A DNA stretch of 64,000 nucleotides from NCBI GenBank assembly GCA_977017645.1, contig OZ360232.1, positions 18,848,001 to 18,912,000 of the forward strand, in the 5' to 3' direction. A program made the position numbers and the translations under genes. The notes under the pieces were generated by a model that worked only from the letters and a program-made list of their open reading frames with translations, searched no databases and was not told the DNA's origin. This stretch comes from Torpedo marmorata (lineage: Eukaryota). Positions 62,511 to 64,000 of the stretch are shown piece by piece; within the stretch, counting starts at the first letter, position 1, and every line of letters starts with the position of its first letter.

Positions 62511-64000
62511 CAGTGCCCTCCATAATGTTTGGGATAAAGGCACTTTTTTCCTTTATTTGCCCCTGTGCTCCACAGTTATAAATTTGGAATTAAACAATTC
62601 ACGTGTAATTAAAGTGCACATTCTAGATTTTATTCAAGGTTATTTGTATACATTTTGGTTTCACCATGTAGAAATTACAGCACTTTTTATACATAGTTCC
62701 TTCATTTCAGGGACCCATAATGTTTGGCTTCACAGGTGTTTGTGATTACTCAGGTATATTTAGTTGCTTCATTGATGCAGGTATAAAAGAGCTTGGCTTG
62801 CTTCTAAGCTTTTGTTCACCTTTGAAGTCTGTAGTTGCCATTTTTCAACATGAGGACCAGAGTTGTGCCAATGAAAGTCAAAGAAGCCATTATGAGGCTG
62901 AAAAACAAGAATAAAACAGTAAGAGACATCGCCCAAACCTTACGATTACCAAAATCATCAGTTTGGAACATCATTAAGAAGAAAGAGCGTACTGGTGAGC
63001 TCAGTAATCGCAAACTGACTGGTATTCCAAGGGAGACCTCCACTGCTGATGACAGAAGAATTCTCATCATAATGCAAAATTCCCAAACGCCTGTCTGACA
63101 AATCAGAAACACTCTTCAGGAGGCAGGTAAGGATATGTAAATGACTATGTCCACAGAAGACTTCATGAACAGAAATACAGAAGCAACACTGCAATATGCA
63201 AACCACTAGTTAGCCACAGAAAGGATGTCCAGGTTACAGTTTGCCAAGAAGTATTTAAGAGCCTGCAGAATTCTGGAAAAAAAGGTCTTGTGGACAGATG
63301 AGACCAAGATTAACTTGTATCAGAGTGATGGCAAGAGCAAAGTGTGGAGGCGTAAAGGAACTGCCCAAGATCCAAAGCATACCACCTTTGCCATGGTTTG
63401 CATTTTGCAGTGTAGCCTCTGTATTTCTGTTCATGAAGTTTTCTGTGGACAGTAGTTATTGACATATCCACACCTGCCTCCTGAAGAGTGTTTCTGATCT
63501 GTTGGACATACGTTTGGGGATTTTTCTTCATTATGTTAAGAATTCACCTGTCATCGGCAGTGGAGGTCTTCCTTTACCTACCAGTCCTTTTGCGATTACT
63601 AAGCTCACCAGTACGCTCTTTCTTCTTAATGATGTTCCAAACTGTTGATTTTGGTAATCGTAAGGTTTGGGCAATATCTCTTACTTTTTATTCTTGTTTT
63701 TCAGCCTCATAATGGCTTCTTTGACTTTCATTGGCACAACTCTCGTCCTCATGATGTAAAATGGCAACTACAGACTCCAAAGGTGATCAAAAGCTTAGAA
63801 GCAAGCCTCGCTTTCTTGTACCTGCACCAATGAAGCAATTAAACATACCTGAGTACTCACAAACACCTGTGAAGCCAAATGTCCCAAACATTATGGTACC
63901 CTGAAATGAGGGGACTATGTATAAAATGTGCTGTAATTTCTACATGGTCTAACCAAAATGTTATCAAATAACCTTGAATAAAATCTGGAATCTGCACTTT
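62511..64000 (+). mobile_element. Tc1-family transposon, fold-back derivative (right end outside window)
   Basis: TA|CAGTGCCC start; decayed transposase HTH (DIAQTLRLPKSSVWNIIKK) and VLWTDETKINL; 63394-64000 is the inverted copy of 62611-63205. Confidence 0.92.

Overview
Repeat-dominated vertebrate DNA. It is most likely a cartilaginous fish such as a ray or skate, inferred from HE1-like V-SINEs, HER1-like CR1 LINEs, Rex1/Babar LINEs and Penelope elements. The only host gene I can support is the last three coding exons of a PDLIM4 (RIL)-like PDZ-LIM gene on the minus strand (61028-60871, 50071-49951, 49490-49295). The rest is a nested stack of transposons: a Penelope-like element, a Gmr1-type Ty3/gypsy provirus lacking its RT core plus related solo LTRs, a near-intact Ty3/gypsy element, a decayed tRNA-Leu-primed gypsy, L1, CR1 and Rex1 LINEs, V-SINEs, hAT/pogo MITEs and a fold-back Tc1. 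The most unusual feature is a 928-bp solo LTR at 26080-27007. It carries an exon-intron-exon leader followed by a precisely spliced copy of those exons, so splicing from the upstream start would recreate the LTR's own downstream end. Also notable are a gypsy element with no tRNA primer site whose leader pairs with its own LTR (self-priming candidate), a 5S rRNA-headed SINE with a Rex1-type tail, and hammerhead-like motifs in Penelope termini. All calls were made by eye; no database searches were run.
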